Assembly: GCA_041690395.1 (NCBI GenBank)
Contig: JAWLHJ010000006.1
Coordinates: forward strand, 294,530 to 358,529
Direction: 5' to 3'
Source of the DNA: Longimicrobiales bacterium
GTDB lineage: Bacteria > Gemmatimonadota > Gemmatimonadetes > Longimicrobiales > Gaopeijiaceae
Length of the DNA stretch: 64,000 bases
Positions 1 through 9,445 of this stretch are shown here, one piece after another. The position numbers were made by a program, and so were the translations under genes. Position 1 is the first letter of the stretch; each line of letters opens with the position of its first letter. The notes under the pieces were generated by a model, which ran no database searches, was not told the origin of the DNA, and saw only the letters and a list, made by a program, of their open reading frames with translations.

Positions 1-12
1 GGGATCAATCAA

Positions 13-1560
13 GTGGATTCGTTCGAGGACCTCGGGGTCACCCCCGAGCTCGTGGAGGCACTCTCCGCCGAAGGCATCGAGGTGCCCACCCCCCTCCAGG
101 AGGCGGCCATCCCGCTTCTTGGAAAGGGAAACAACCTGGTCATGGCCGCAGGCCCCGGCAGCGGCGTCCTGGCGGCATGGGCGGTGCCTTTGCTCGAGCG
201 GATCGCGACCGACGGCCCGGGGGCACGGATCGTCGTGCTCACCGCCGAACGCGACACCGCGGCCAGGCTTGCCGAATCGCTGGCCCGACTCTCGCGGGAT
301 ACCGGCCACGTGGTGGCGGCCCTGGGCGTGTCCTGGGCCCTCCCGGAGCGTGCCCACGTGCTGGTCGGCACTCCGGCCGATCTCCTCGCAGCGGTCCACG
401 CGGACGCGGTCTCGCTCGATGCCGTTGAGGCGTTGGTCCTCGATCAGGCACAGGCGATCGAGAGTCTCGGAGGACTCGATCCGCTCGAGGAGGTGCTGCA
501 GTTCCTTCCGGCCGGCGCGCAACGGGTCCTCAGCGCGTTGCCCGTGACTCCGGCTGTAGCGGACTTCGTCGAGCGCCACATGAAGCGCACGCTCACGGTG
601 CCGGGAGCGCACGATGCCCGCGGCACCCCCCAGCGAGGCGCCGTCCGCTACCGGGTCGTGCACGAGCCCGCGGAGGAGGCCCTCGCAGGGGTCGTCTCCG
701 AGCTCTTCGAGCAAGGGGCTCGGCACGTGCTGGTCTTCTGTCGCAGCGAGGATCGGGCCGCCGACGTCGGGGACCGACTGACCCTCCGGGGGTTCGTCGC
801 CGGTGCTCCGGGCGAGTCCGACGTGCCCGTCTGGCTTGGGGTCGACCCGTTGGAGGCACGGCAGGCGCTCGACGGGGCCGAGGGTGTGGTCGTCGTGAGC
901 GCCGACGTGCCGGCCGACCCGGACATGCTGGACCGGCGGCACGGAATCTCGGCGGAAGGTGTCGTCCTCACACTCACGCGCGAGGTCGCGCACCTGAAGG
1001 ACGTGACCCGACGCACGGGATACGGGCTGATCCCGTTCCCGGCCCCGAGCACGCGGGCAGCCTCGGCGTTCGACGACCTTCGCGCGATGCTCGAGGCCGC
1101 CATCGAATCAGAAGACGTCGAGACCTACCTGGTGGCGCTGAGCCCGCTCTTCGAGGAGCACGATCCGGCCGAGATCGCCGCGGCCGCCGTGGCACTCCTG
1201 CGACGGAAGACACCGGCCCAGCCCGCCGCGAGCCCCTCCCGCCCGGGCGCCTCGTCGTCACCCGCGACGACGCCCTCGTGGGCGAAGCTCTTCGTGAGCG
1301 TCGGTAGCCGGGACGGCCTCGTCCCTGGCGACCTCCTCGGCGCGGTGACGGGCGAAGCCGCCGTTCCGGGCGACACGGTCGGGCGTATCGACATCAAGGA
1401 GAGCCACACGCTCCTCGAGGTGCACGACACCGTCGCCCGTGACGTCATCAAGGCGCTCAACGGGATCACCATACGGGGCCGCGCCGTGCGCGTGGACTTC
1501 GACCGCCCACGGCGGGGCACCCCCGCGCCGGGCCGACGGAAGCCGCCGTCGCGCGGCTGA
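13..1560 (+). CDS. DEAD-box helicase-like protein with C-terminal DbpA RNA-binding domain; catalytic motifs degenerate
   Basis: Q motif SFEDLG..PTPLQEAAIP retained; motif I reads GSGVL, motif II DQAQ, motif III SAL; C-terminal LFVSVGSRDGLVPGDLLGAV..VGRIDI is DbpA-like. Confidence 0.85.
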   Translation: MDSFEDLGVTPELVEALSAEGIEVPTPLQEAAIPLLGKGNNLVMAAGPGSGVLAAWAVPLLERIATDGPGARIVVLTAERDTAARLAESLARLSRDTGHVVAALGVSWALPERAHVLVGTPADLLAAVHADAVSLDAVEALVLDQAQAIESLGGLDPLEEVLQFLPAGAQRVLSALPVTPAVADFVERHMKRTLTVPGAHDARGTPQRGAVRYRVVHEPAEEALAGVVSELFEQGARHVLVFCRSEDRAADVGDRLTLRGFVAGAPGESDVPVWLGVDPLEARQALDGAEGVVVVSADVPADPDMLDRRHGISAEGVVLTLTREVAHLKDVTRRTGYGLIPFPAPSTRAASAFDDLRAMLEAAIESEDVETYLVALSPLFEEHDPAEIAAAAVALLRRKTPAQPAASPSRPGASSSPATTPSWAKLFVSVGSRDGLVPGDLLGAVTGEAAVPGDTVGRIDIKESHTLLEVHDTVARDVIKALNGITIRGRAVRVDFDRPRRGTPAPGRRKPPSRG

Positions 1561-1606
1561 TCCACGGGGCGCGGGGGGAGTCACCCCGAAGCAGGCGGAT
1601 ACGACG

Positions 1607-1646
1607 AGAGGCCGGATCGCCAATGGCGACCCGGCCTCTTTCGTTT
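1607..1646 (+). terminator. intrinsic terminator-like hairpin between the convergent helicase-like gene and hup
   Basis: AGAGGCCGGATCGCCA-A-TGGCGACCCGGCCTCT stem (one mismatch) followed by TTCGTTT. Confidence 0.7.
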
Positions 1647-1709
1647 CAGCGGGCGGTGACGGTGCCGGACTCGGCCTTTACCGTGCCGACCGACCGCCAG
1701 CGCCGATGC

Positions 1710-1994
1710 CTACTGGATGGCGTCCTTCAGCCCCTTACCGGCGCGGAAGCCGGGGGTCTTGGTGGCCGCGATCTTGATCTGCTCACCGGTGCGCGGGTTA
1801 CGACCCATGCGCGCCTTCCGCTTCTTCGCCTCGAACGTGCCGAAGCCCGTGATCTGGATGCGGTTGCCCCGCTTGAGCTGCTTCGCGATCACACCGCTAT
1901 CCGGCGAAAAGAGGGCGTCGATGGCCCGCGAAGCGTCGGCCTTGGTCATGCCGGTACTGCTGGCAAGCTCGTCCACGAGTTCGGACTTGTTCAT
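1710..1994 (-). CDS. hup: HU family DNA-binding protein
   Basis: MNKSELV..., GFGTF, GRNPRTGE, FRAGKGLKDAI; GGAG upstream. Confidence 0.97.
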   Translation of the reverse strand: MNKSELVDELASSTGMTKADASRAIDALFSPDSGVIAKQLKRGNRIQITGFGTFEAKKRKARMGRNPRTGEQIKIAATKTPGFRAGKGLKDAIQ

Positions 1995-2144
1995 CTGGCA
2001 GCTCCTGTGACTGGAAGTAAAGAAGAGGTCGCGGCCGGAGCCGCCCTACGTCGGACCCTGAAGAGCACGCTCCGGGGAGTGGACGACCACTCGAAAAGCC
2101 GCTTGAATCAAGTGTTTCCGGGCCCGTCAGCCTGAGTACGACGA

Positions 2145-2173
2145 AGGGTAAGCGCGGCTTCCGAGAGCGTCAA
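2145..2173 (-). promoter_or_regulatory. putative sigma70-type promoter for hup
   Basis: TTGACG-N17-TACCCT on minus strand, about 150 nt upstream of the hup ATG. Confidence 0.5.
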
Positions 2174-2252
2174 GGGAACCGCTCGCCCCTTCGTCTGTCC
2201 GTTCTACAGGGCAATTAGCGTGCCGCGACGCCGGATTCCGGCGGTGCCGACT

Positions 2253-2450
2253 TCAGGCCGCGGCTTTATTGCGACTCTTCTTGAAGAGCGAATAGACGAA
2301 GAATCCGAGCGCCGCGATCAGAGCGAGCTTCACGGTCAGTGCGACCAGGCCGAACAGGAGCCCGAGCACCGGCAACAGCAGCGCGGCCACGAGCTTGAGG
2401 ATCACGAGGCTGGCTACACCCGCCACGGTCAAGGCGGCAAAGGTCTTCAT
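2253..2450 (-). CDS. small hydrophobic membrane protein (65 aa)
   Basis: almost entirely hydrophobic with basic C-terminal tail; GGAG before ATG. Confidence 0.75.
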   Translation of the reverse strand: MKTFAALTVAGVASLVILKLVAALLLPVLGLLFGLVALTVKLALIAALGFFVYSLFKKSRNKAAA

Positions 2451-2505
2451 GAAAGCTCCCTGGGGACGACGTGAATTTCGTACTTCACGTGTCCCTACGG
2501 CCCTG

Positions 2506-2542
2506 GGACCGAGCCGGTTTCACCGGAGCGAAGGCTCGGTCC
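2506..2542 (-). terminator. hairpin immediately downstream of infA
   Basis: GGACCGAGCC (2506-2515) / GGCTCGGTCC (2533-2542) perfect 10-bp inverted repeat; no clear U tract. Confidence 0.4.
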
Positions 2543-2757
2543 TACTTGTACCGGTACGTCACCCGACCCCGGGAGAGGTCGTACGGGGACATCTCGACCT
2601 TCACACGGTCACCTTCGAGGACGCGGATATAATTCTGCCGCATCTTACCCGACAGGTACGCCAGCACTTCGTGGTCGTTCTCGAGCGTGACCCGGAACGT
2701 CGCGTTCGGCAACACCTCGGTGACCGTGCCTTCGATCTCAATCGCGTCTTTCGCCAC
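2542..2757 (-). CDS. infA: translation initiation factor IF-1 (71 aa, GTG start)
   Basis: [57 protein letters not shown]; last 71 aa of the 354-aa ORF. Confidence 0.97.
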   Translation of the reverse strand: MAKDAIEIEGTVTEVLPNATFRVTLENDHEVLAYLSGKMRQNYIRVLEGDRVKVEMSPYDLSRGRVTYRYK

Positions 2758-2911
2758 CGGTGTCCGTCGCTTGCGTTGGAGTCGTACTGGTCGGACCAAC
2801 TTTATCGTGCACGACCCGCCCGGGCAACGGTAGGGCTCGCGCTGAGTCGGGCGGTCCGCGATCATCGAAGAGTGGTCCCTCGCCTCCGCCTCCCCAGACC
2901 GGGATCGCCAC

Positions 2912-3160
2912 CTGGCCACCCACCGAGACACACCCGCCAGATATTCGGTTGCCGCCCGGAACGAGCTCGAGCGAGCGGTCCGGAAGGGCGCGCGCCCGGA
3001 CTGCCCGGAGTGCCGGACGCCGATGGACCAGCGCCGCGTTCCACCGCGCTCGGACGTCTCATACGTGCGTGATCGCGTCTGGCTCACCTGCCCGAGCTGC
3101 GGCCGTAGCCTCGTGGTCGATCGGGTCGGGCCGTCCCGACCCGACACCGGTCCGGCGTGA
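2912..3160 (+). CDS. small zinc-ribbon protein (CPEC...CPSC), absent from the ORF track; start uncertain (possible CTG)
   Basis: manual translation: ...[54 protein letters not shown]...*; frame open from 2846 to the stop at 3158-3160. Confidence 0.6.
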   Translation: MATHRDTPARYSVAARNELERAVRKGARPDCPECRTPMDQRRVPPRSDVSYVRDRVWLTCPSCGRSLVVDRVGPSRPDTGPA

Positions 3161-3276
3161 GGTCGGCTCGCCCGACACGGGCTCGAGCGGGAAGGAGGTG
3201 GCGCGTCGGCTGCCGGTTCCCGAAGTTCCCCCGAGATCGCCGCTTCGATCGTCCTGCAGCCCCAACCCCGGTCGTC

Positions 3277-4194
3277 ATGCTTCGCTCCGCGCTCACCACC
3301 CTGATGTTGGCCCTCGCTGTCACGATCCTCCCGTCGAACGGTGTCACGGCACAGGCCCGCACGCCCGGTCTCGGTCACGACGTTCCCACGTCGACCCGCG
3401 GAATGGCCTTGGGCGGCGCGTATATGATGGACGCCGACCATGCCGACGCGGTGTTCGTGCACCCGTCGCTGCTGCAGGGCGCCTCGGGGATGACGCTCGA
3501 CGTGCAGCGTTGGGGCTCCGCGTCCGGAGCCATGTCCGCGGCCGCGGCGACTTCCTGGTTCAACGGGAGCCTCGGGGTCGGCATTGGAGTCCAGGCGATG
3601 CAACACGGATTCGCCGCCGGCACCGGCAGCCGCGCCCTCGACCCGCTTTTCTCGTCGGCATCTCCCGGCGAGGACCCGGTGTCAGAGCGCGCTGCCGTGC
3701 TGGGCATCTCACGCACGTTCGGAGGCGTGGGCGACGTCGACTGGGGGTTGGCTGTGCGCCTCTCGGAGGAGCGCGTCGGCGTCGCGCGCCGGACGGACGT
3801 CGAAGTCCTCCTGGGCGCATCCCGCGAAGTGGGACCGGTCACGGTCGGCGTCACGTACCCGGACGTCGGCCGGAGCGTCTCGGATCTGGACATCGGTGTG
3901 GGAGCCTACGGCTGGGAGCTCGGTCCGCTCGACGTCGGGGTGAGCGGGCGGTTGGGCGGCTTCCACGACGAGGTGCGCGGCGGCGGGGGCCTCGAGGTGG
4001 GCTACTGGCCGGTGCGGGGTCGCACGTTCGTGGGGCGCCTGGGCGCCCAGGTCGTCCCGGACGGGAGCGACGCGAGCCCGTTCACGTTCGGCTTCGCCTT
4101 CTGGGGTGACGACCTCATCGTGGAATGGGCGTTCCAGCCCTTCGACGGCGCGCCGGAGTCCGGCACGCACCGCTTCTCCATCGGGTGGCGATAG
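3277..4194 (+). CDS. outer-membrane beta-barrel protein, PorV/PorQ-like
   Basis: signal peptide; [21 protein letters not shown] resembles the PorV/FadL-like N-terminal motif; C-terminal HRFSIGWR beta-signal. Confidence 0.65.
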   Translation: MLRSALTTLMLALAVTILPSNGVTAQARTPGLGHDVPTSTRGMALGGAYMMDADHADAVFVHPSLLQGASGMTLDVQRWGSASGAMSAAAATSWFNGSLGVGIGVQAMQHGFAAGTGSRALDPLFSSASPGEDPVSERAAVLGISRTFGGVGDVDWGLAVRLSEERVGVARRTDVEVLLGASREVGPVTVGVTYPDVGRSVSDLDIGVGAYGWELGPLDVGVSGRLGGFHDEVRGGGGLEVGYWPVRGRTFVGRLGAQVVPDGSDASPFTFGFAFWGDDLIVEWAFQPFDGAPESGTHRFSIGWR

Positions 4195-4208
4195 CAGGCG
4201 GCGATCCC

Positions 4209-4391
4209 CGGGGACAACTGCACAATCGTGCAGGGCCGCCCAACCTCTGTGTCGCTTTGCCCCGCTGACCGGGGCAAAGTGCACGATCGCGGCCGTGCCT
4301 AGCGACGAATGAAGGTTTTTCCCCGCATAGCGGGGAAAAGTCACTATATGGCGCCGCAGGGATGCACGATTGTGCGGGTTGCCCCGCCGTG
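4209..4391. repeat. three tandem 61-bp units, each bounded by CGGGG...CCCCG inverted repeats
   Basis: CGGGG starts at 4209, 4270, 4331; junction hairpins 4255-4279 and 4317-4339; outer near-perfect inverted repeat 4209-4232 vs 4363-4386. Confidence 0.75.
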
Positions 4392-4457
4392 GCCGCCCCG
4401 GCCCGGGCCCGCCCGGCCGCGATCGCCCCTCCCTGCGCCCACCCGGCGGCCCTTCGG

Positions 4458-6434
4458 TCAGTGCCCCTCGACCCTGGCCGACAGGAAGGCCGGGTCGAGG
4501 CGGCTCAGGCCGATCTGGTCGAGCACGACCTCGCCGGCGGGCGAGCGGTCGAACACGAAGCGGATCTCGGCGAGCCGGCTCGGATCGAAGCCGGGCTCGT
4601 GGGCCGTGAAGTCCGAGAGCGGAATCGCGTACGTCTGCTGGATGATCTCCCAGTGCTCCTGGAAGCGTTCCCGCTCGAGGTCACGGCGGCGCATCACGTA
4701 CGTCTCGAGCGGCCGGCGGATCGCGCCGTACGCGCTCAGCGGCACGCTCGCGGTCCGACCGGCCGCGTCGGCCACCTCGATCGTGACGTCCACCGGGGGC
4801 GGGTCGTCCTCGTCGTCGTCCGGCGCATCGTCGGCGTCGGGCGACGCAGCCTCGTTCGCGCCCTGGTCGGCGTCCTCGGCGTCTTCCGGCGGATCCGGGA
4901 TCTCGTTGGTGGGAGCGAGCATGAACGTCAGCACGTGCTCATCGGTTACGTCCCAGCGCGCGCCCAGCCCCTCCGGGAGCTCGACGACGTAGCGGGCCGC
5001 GGACGAAGCATCGCCTCCCGGCCCGAACGTCCCCTCGGGCGTCGCCGCCTCGTCCGGCGAGCCGTAGCTCCACCCGACGAAGCCGACCTGGTTCTCCTGC
5101 GATGCCGAGGTGTTGTTGCGGTTGCTCGACCGGAGCAGAAGGTCGTCCTCGCTCCACGACGCGAGACCCTCGCCCCGGATCCGGACGCCCGGCTCGGTCC
5201 CGGACGTCACGTCGATATCCTCCTCGTAGGTGACCAGCGGCTGGAACGCGCTGGTCTCGAACCGCGTCACGTACATGGTGTTGGGCAGCCACTGTCCGAT
5301 CACCCGGTGATCCCGGAACATGGGTAGGTACCGCCGATCGTCCTTCAGCACGGTCTCGAGGAACGCGGACACGTACAGCTCGGCGAACCGTCGCTGGTCC
5401 TCGCCGGGCATGAGCGCCCTGAGGTCGAGGATGCGCGCGCTCCGGGGGCCGTTGTCGTTCGGGCCCCACACCGAGTTCCACTGCCCGTGATTCGCGCGGT
5501 ACACGTAGATCGCCGACTTGAAGTGGAAGTCGTCGGGGTCCGTGAAACGCAGCCGGTCGTAGATGCGGAGACCATGGAAGCTCGTCACGTCTCCATCGTG
5601 CGATCCGTGGAAGGTGAGGTAGCTGACGTCCTCGGTGACGACCTTCCGCCCGGTCGGGAGGTATTGGCCGTCGACCGGTGCGATGGAGATCATCCCGCGG
5701 ATGTCGTAGCCGAAGTCGAACTCGAGGGTCGCGTCGTCCGGATAGTAGTCCAACTCGTTGAAGGCCACGGCGTTGGCCACGGCCTCCCCACCCCGCGAAT
5801 GGCCGATGAGCGCGATGCGCTCCATGTCGACCAGCCCCTCGAACGGATTCCCGGCCTCCCGGTTGAAGCCCTCGAAGAGCTCGACGTGCTTGAGCAGGAA
5901 CCAGCCCCGGGCGTCGTTCTCCTGCTGGATGCCGCCGTTGATGAAGTTCTCGTCCACGCTGGCCAGGATGTAGCCGCGGCTCGCGAGCAGCTCCCCGAGA
6001 TAGTCGTAGCCGGGGTCGGAGAAGTCACGCATGTCGTGGTTGCCGTGCACGACCAGCACCAACGGGAACGGTCCGTCGCCGTCCGGATACCAGACGCGCG
6101 CGTTCAGCGGCATCGAGTCGGGGCTGAAGCCCCAGTAGTCGTTCCGCTCCTTCGCGCTGCTCCCGAGGTCGACCAGCTTCGACGCGTCGACGCTCGGCGT
6201 GGTGATCGTGACGGAGTCGCGGTACTCGGGCCGGTTCTTGTCGTTTCCGCTTCCGTAATAGAGCGTCCGGATGACGTAGGGGCCCCGTTGGCCGGGATCG
6301 GGAGCGTCGAGCACCTGCCTCGCGAGGACGCGGTCCGCGTCGCTGGGGACGAGCTCCAGGGCGGGCGCGCACGAGGCGGCCGCCACGGCGAGGGCGAGCA
6401 GGCTACTGGCCGGAAATCGTGTGTCGAGTCTCAT
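4458..6434 (-). CDS. lipoprotein alpha/beta hydrolase (chlorophyllase/cutinase-like fold)
   Basis: lipobox AAASC; PLVLVVHGNH, nucleophile elbow GHSRGG, HDGDV, ANHGQWN; acidic linker near C-terminus. Confidence 0.85.
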   Translation of the reverse strand: MRLDTRFPASSLLALAVAAASCAPALELVPSDADRVLARQVLDAPDPGQRGPYVIRTLYYGSGNDKNRPEYRDSVTITTPSVDASKLVDLGSSAKERNDYWGFSPDSMPLNARVWYPDGDGPFPLVLVVHGNHDMRDFSDPGYDYLGELLASRGYILASVDENFINGGIQQENDARGWFLLKHVELFEGFNREAGNPFEGLVDMERIALIGHSRGGEAVANAVAFNELDYYPDDATLEFDFGYDIRGMISIAPVDGQYLPTGRKVVTEDVSYLTFHGSHDGDVTSFHGLRIYDRLRFTDPDDFHFKSAIYVYRANHGQWNSVWGPNDNGPRSARILDLRALMPGEDQRRFAELYVSAFLETVLKDDRRYLPMFRDHRVIGQWLPNTMYVTRFETSAFQPLVTYEEDIDVTSGTEPGVRIRGEGLASWSEDDLLLRSSNRNNTSASQENQVGFVGWSYGSPDEAATPEGTFGPGGDASSAARYVVELPEGLGARWDVTDEHVLTFMLAPTNEIPDPPEDAEDADQGANEAASPDADDAPDDDEDDPPPVDVTIEVADAAGRTASVPLSAYGAIRRPLETYVMRRRDLERERFQEHWEIIQQTYAIPLSDFTAHEPGFDPSRLAEIRFVFDRSPAGEVVLDQIGLSRLDPAFLSARVEGH

Positions 6435-6552
6435 GCGCGGACACTATCCGCTCCGCTGGGCCGGGGCAATTCCGGGGTGACGGACCCGCGCGCGTGGGTT
6501 ACCGTTGAGCGCTGATCCCAGGGCGCGATCCTTCCACCGCACGGAGCCACCG

Positions 6553-7020
6553 ATGGCGAACCCCACCGTCACCTTCGAGACCAACCACGGCACGTTCAAG
6601 GCCGAGATGTTCGAGGACGTGGCCCCGGCCACCGCCGGCAACTTCCTGAAGCTGGCGCGCGACGGATTCTACGACGGCATCGTCTTCCACCGGGTCATCG
6701 AAGGATTCATGATCCAGGGCGGCGACCCGACGGGCACCGGTCGGGGCGGACCGGGCTACCAGATCGACGACGAGTTCGCGCCCGGTCTGAAGCACACCGA
6801 GGAAGGCACCTTCTCGATGGCGAACGCGGGGCCGAACACCGGCGGCTCCCAGTTCTTCATCACGCTGGCGGCGACCCCGTGGCTCGACGGGAAGCACGCC
6901 ATCTTCGGCAAGGTCGTCGAGGGGATGGACGTGGTGCGGAAGATCGGGAAGGTCGACACCGGCCCGATGGATCGCCCCCGCGAGGACGTCGTGATGGAGA
7001 AGGTCACCGTCGAGGAGTGA
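6553..7020 (+). CDS. cyclophilin-type peptidyl-prolyl cis-trans isomerase
   Basis: [47 protein letters not shown] before ATG 6553. Confidence 0.96.
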   Translation: MANPTVTFETNHGTFKAEMFEDVAPATAGNFLKLARDGFYDGIVFHRVIEGFMIQGGDPTGTGRGGPGYQIDDEFAPGLKHTEEGTFSMANAGPNTGGSQFFITLAATPWLDGKHAIFGKVVEGMDVVRKIGKVDTGPMDRPREDVVMEKVTVEE

Positions 7021-7039
7021 GTTCGACCGGCCTCGGGCC

Positions 7040-9343
7040 TCAGCGCGACGGGGGCAGGCGCCCGAACTCGTACTCCTTCGGCGGCTCGGCACCGAGCAGG
7101 TGCCGCACGAAGTAGTCCCACCGGCGCCGCATCATGTACGGCTCGTTGCCGAAGCCGTGACCCCGGTTCGGTAGCAGGATGAGATCGAAGTCTTTGTTGG
7201 CCGCGATCAGCGCATCGACGACGAGGAGCGTGTTGTACACGGGCACGTTCGTGTCCGATGTCCCGTGCGCGATCAGCAGCTTTCCCTCGAGGTTGTGCGC
7301 CTGGAGCTGGTTGGCCTGGTTGTCGTAGCTGGTGGTGCCGTCGGCATGCTCGACCAGGAGACCCTGCCACTTCTCGCCCCAGTCGTCCTCGTAGTTGCGG
7401 TTGTCGTGGTTGCCCGCCTGCGACACGGCGACGTCGTAGAAGCCCGGGTAACGGAAGATGGCACCCGCCGCGGCGTATCCGCCGCCCGAGTGTCCGAAGA
7501 TCCCGACGCGGTCGACGTCCATCCAGGGGTGCCGCGCGGCGAGCTCACGGATGCCGGCCACCTGATCCGGAAGACCGTTGTCGCCCATGTTCCCGTAGTA
7601 GGCCTCGTGGAACGTCTTCGACCGGCCGGGCGTGCCCATGGCGTCGAGCTCGACCACCACGAAGCCCAGCTCGGCGATGGCTTGGAGGTCGCGGTGCGCG
7701 GCCCGGAAGCTCCGGCTCCCCACGCTCCCGCTCTGCGGCCCCGGATAGAGGTAGTTCACGACGGGGTAGCGTCGGGTCTCGTCGAAGTCGGTCGGCCGAA
7801 ACAGGAGGCCGTGGAGGTCCGTCTCGCCGTCGCGCGCCTTCACCGTGAACGGCACCGGCGGCTGCCACCCCGCGGCTTCGAGTGCGGAGACATCGGCCTC
7901 CTCCAGCGCCAGGACGGCGCGACCATCACGGTCCCTCAGCGTCGTGACGGGAGGCGTCACCGGGGTGGACGCGGCGTCCACGAAATGCCGGCCGTCCGGT
8001 GAGAGCGAGACCTGGTGGTTCGCGCTGTCGGGCGTGAGGAGCGTCACGCTTCCGTCGTCGAGCCCGACCCGGTAGAGGTACTCGAAGTACGGGTCGCCCG
8101 GCTCACGTCCGTTCCCGACGAATGTGACCTCGCGCCGGTCCTCGTCCACGTGGAGGATCTCCTTCACGTTCCACGCACCCCGCGTCACCTGGCGCTCGAG
8201 ACGGCCACTGTCGGCGTCGTAGAGGTACAGGTGCCCCCAGTCGTCACGCTGCGAGAACCAGAGCACCTGGCCGGAGGCCGACAGGTACCTCCAGTTGCCG
8301 CCCGACTCGTAGAAGGTCTCCTCGACCTCCTCGAACAGGGCGCGGACCTCCCCGGTCGATGCGTCCGCGATCTTCACTTCGGCCCGCTTATGGTCCCGGG
8401 AGCTCGAGACGAAGGCGAGTCGCGTGCCGTCCTGGCTCCACTCCACGTCGGCGAAGGTGCCACCGCAGTAGACGTGGTCGCAGACCGTGGACCGGTGCTC
8501 GTCGGGAGCCATGTCGAGCGGGATGACCCTGTCGCCCTCCGGTCGATCCAGGTCGACCACGATCCGGTGGATCCGGAAGATCACCGAGTCCTCGGGCAGC
8601 GGATACCGCCACGCGTCGAGCTCGGGATGCCCGACGTTCGTGCTGGTGACGTACATCATGCCGACGCCCCGGGCGTCGTGCCGGAACGTCGCGATGCGCC
8701 GTGAATCGGGGGACCACTTCAGCACGGGCCGGTCGCCGCGCACCCAGCCCGCGTTGTTGGTGGCGTACCCGAAGTCCTCGGTGCCGTCGTCGGTGAGGCG
8801 CATCTCCTCGCCGGACGCGACGTCCCGCACCCAGAGATCGTGGTCCCGCCGGAAGGCGGCCCACCGCCCGTCCGGCGAAGCGACCTCGTCCGAGCCGACA
8901 GAGGGTGGGTTCGCGACCTCCGTACAGCGATAGCCGTCGAGGTCACACCGGAGCCAGCCGGAGTCACTCAGCCGCAGGTGGGCGACCGCGCCCTCGGGCT
9001 CGAACGCCGTCATGGGGATCGTGAGGGCGTCGTAGGCGCGCCCGGTCGCGGCCGACAACGCGGCGGCCATCCGCTGGTGGTCGAACGCCCGTTCCCGCGT
9101 CCGCCGCTCCGGGTCGACGACTACATGCTCGACACCGCCCTCGATGCGGTTGCCGTACCAGAAGCGACCGTCAGCCAGCCAGGTGGCGTCGACCTCGCCG
9201 CGGAGGACGAGTGGCTCGACGTGCTCGGAGAGGAAGCGCTCCGCACGGGCGTAGTCCTGCGCGGTCAGTCTCTCGGGCGCGGCCTGGGCGGACAGGGACG
9301 ACGCGGCCAGGCAGGCCACGAGGGCGAACGACGCACACCGCAT
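7040..9343 (-). CDS. S9 family peptidase with DPP IV N-terminal domain, exported
   Basis: signal peptide; GHSGGG, GTSDTNV and RGHG triad candidates; YPGPQ. Confidence 0.92.
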   Translation of the reverse strand: MRCASFALVACLAASSLSAQAAPERLTAQDYARAERFLSEHVEPLVLRGEVDATWLADGRFWYGNRIEGGVEHVVVDPERRTRERAFDHQRMAAALSAATGRAYDALTIPMTAFEPEGAVAHLRLSDSGWLRCDLDGYRCTEVANPPSVGSDEVASPDGRWAAFRRDHDLWVRDVASGEEMRLTDDGTEDFGYATNNAGWVRGDRPVLKWSPDSRRIATFRHDARGVGMMYVTSTNVGHPELDAWRYPLPEDSVIFRIHRIVVDLDRPEGDRVIPLDMAPDEHRSTVCDHVYCGGTFADVEWSQDGTRLAFVSSSRDHKRAEVKIADASTGEVRALFEEVEETFYESGGNWRYLSASGQVLWFSQRDDWGHLYLYDADSGRLERQVTRGAWNVKEILHVDEDRREVTFVGNGREPGDPYFEYLYRVGLDDGSVTLLTPDSANHQVSLSPDGRHFVDAASTPVTPPVTTLRDRDGRAVLALEEADVSALEAAGWQPPVPFTVKARDGETDLHGLLFRPTDFDETRRYPVVNYLYPGPQSGSVGSRSFRAAHRDLQAIAELGFVVVELDAMGTPGRSKTFHEAYYGNMGDNGLPDQVAGIRELAARHPWMDVDRVGIFGHSGGGYAAAGAIFRYPGFYDVAVSQAGNHDNRNYEDDWGEKWQGLLVEHADGTTSYDNQANQLQAHNLEGKLLIAHGTSDTNVPVYNTLLVVDALIAANKDFDLILLPNRGHGFGNEPYMMRRRWDYFVRHLLGAEPPKEYEFGRLPPSR

Positions 9344-9445
9344 ACGGGGTGACCTCCGAAAACGACGACGATCCGTGGACGAGCCCATCGCGGGCACGCA
9401 AGGAAGGTCGGACCGCTCCGCGAGACCGCGCAAGCGGGACCGGCG

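Noticed and set aside
2758..3606. 354-aa ORF as an N-terminally extended IF-1
   Set aside because: Only the last 71 aa are IF-1; the extension is antisense to the zinc-ribbon and barrel genes
4209..4391. Calling the 61-bp array a CRISPR array
   Set aside because: Repeats are non-identical, only two complete hairpins exist, the would-be spacers share motifs, and no cas genes or leader are visible; kept as an unclassified repeat
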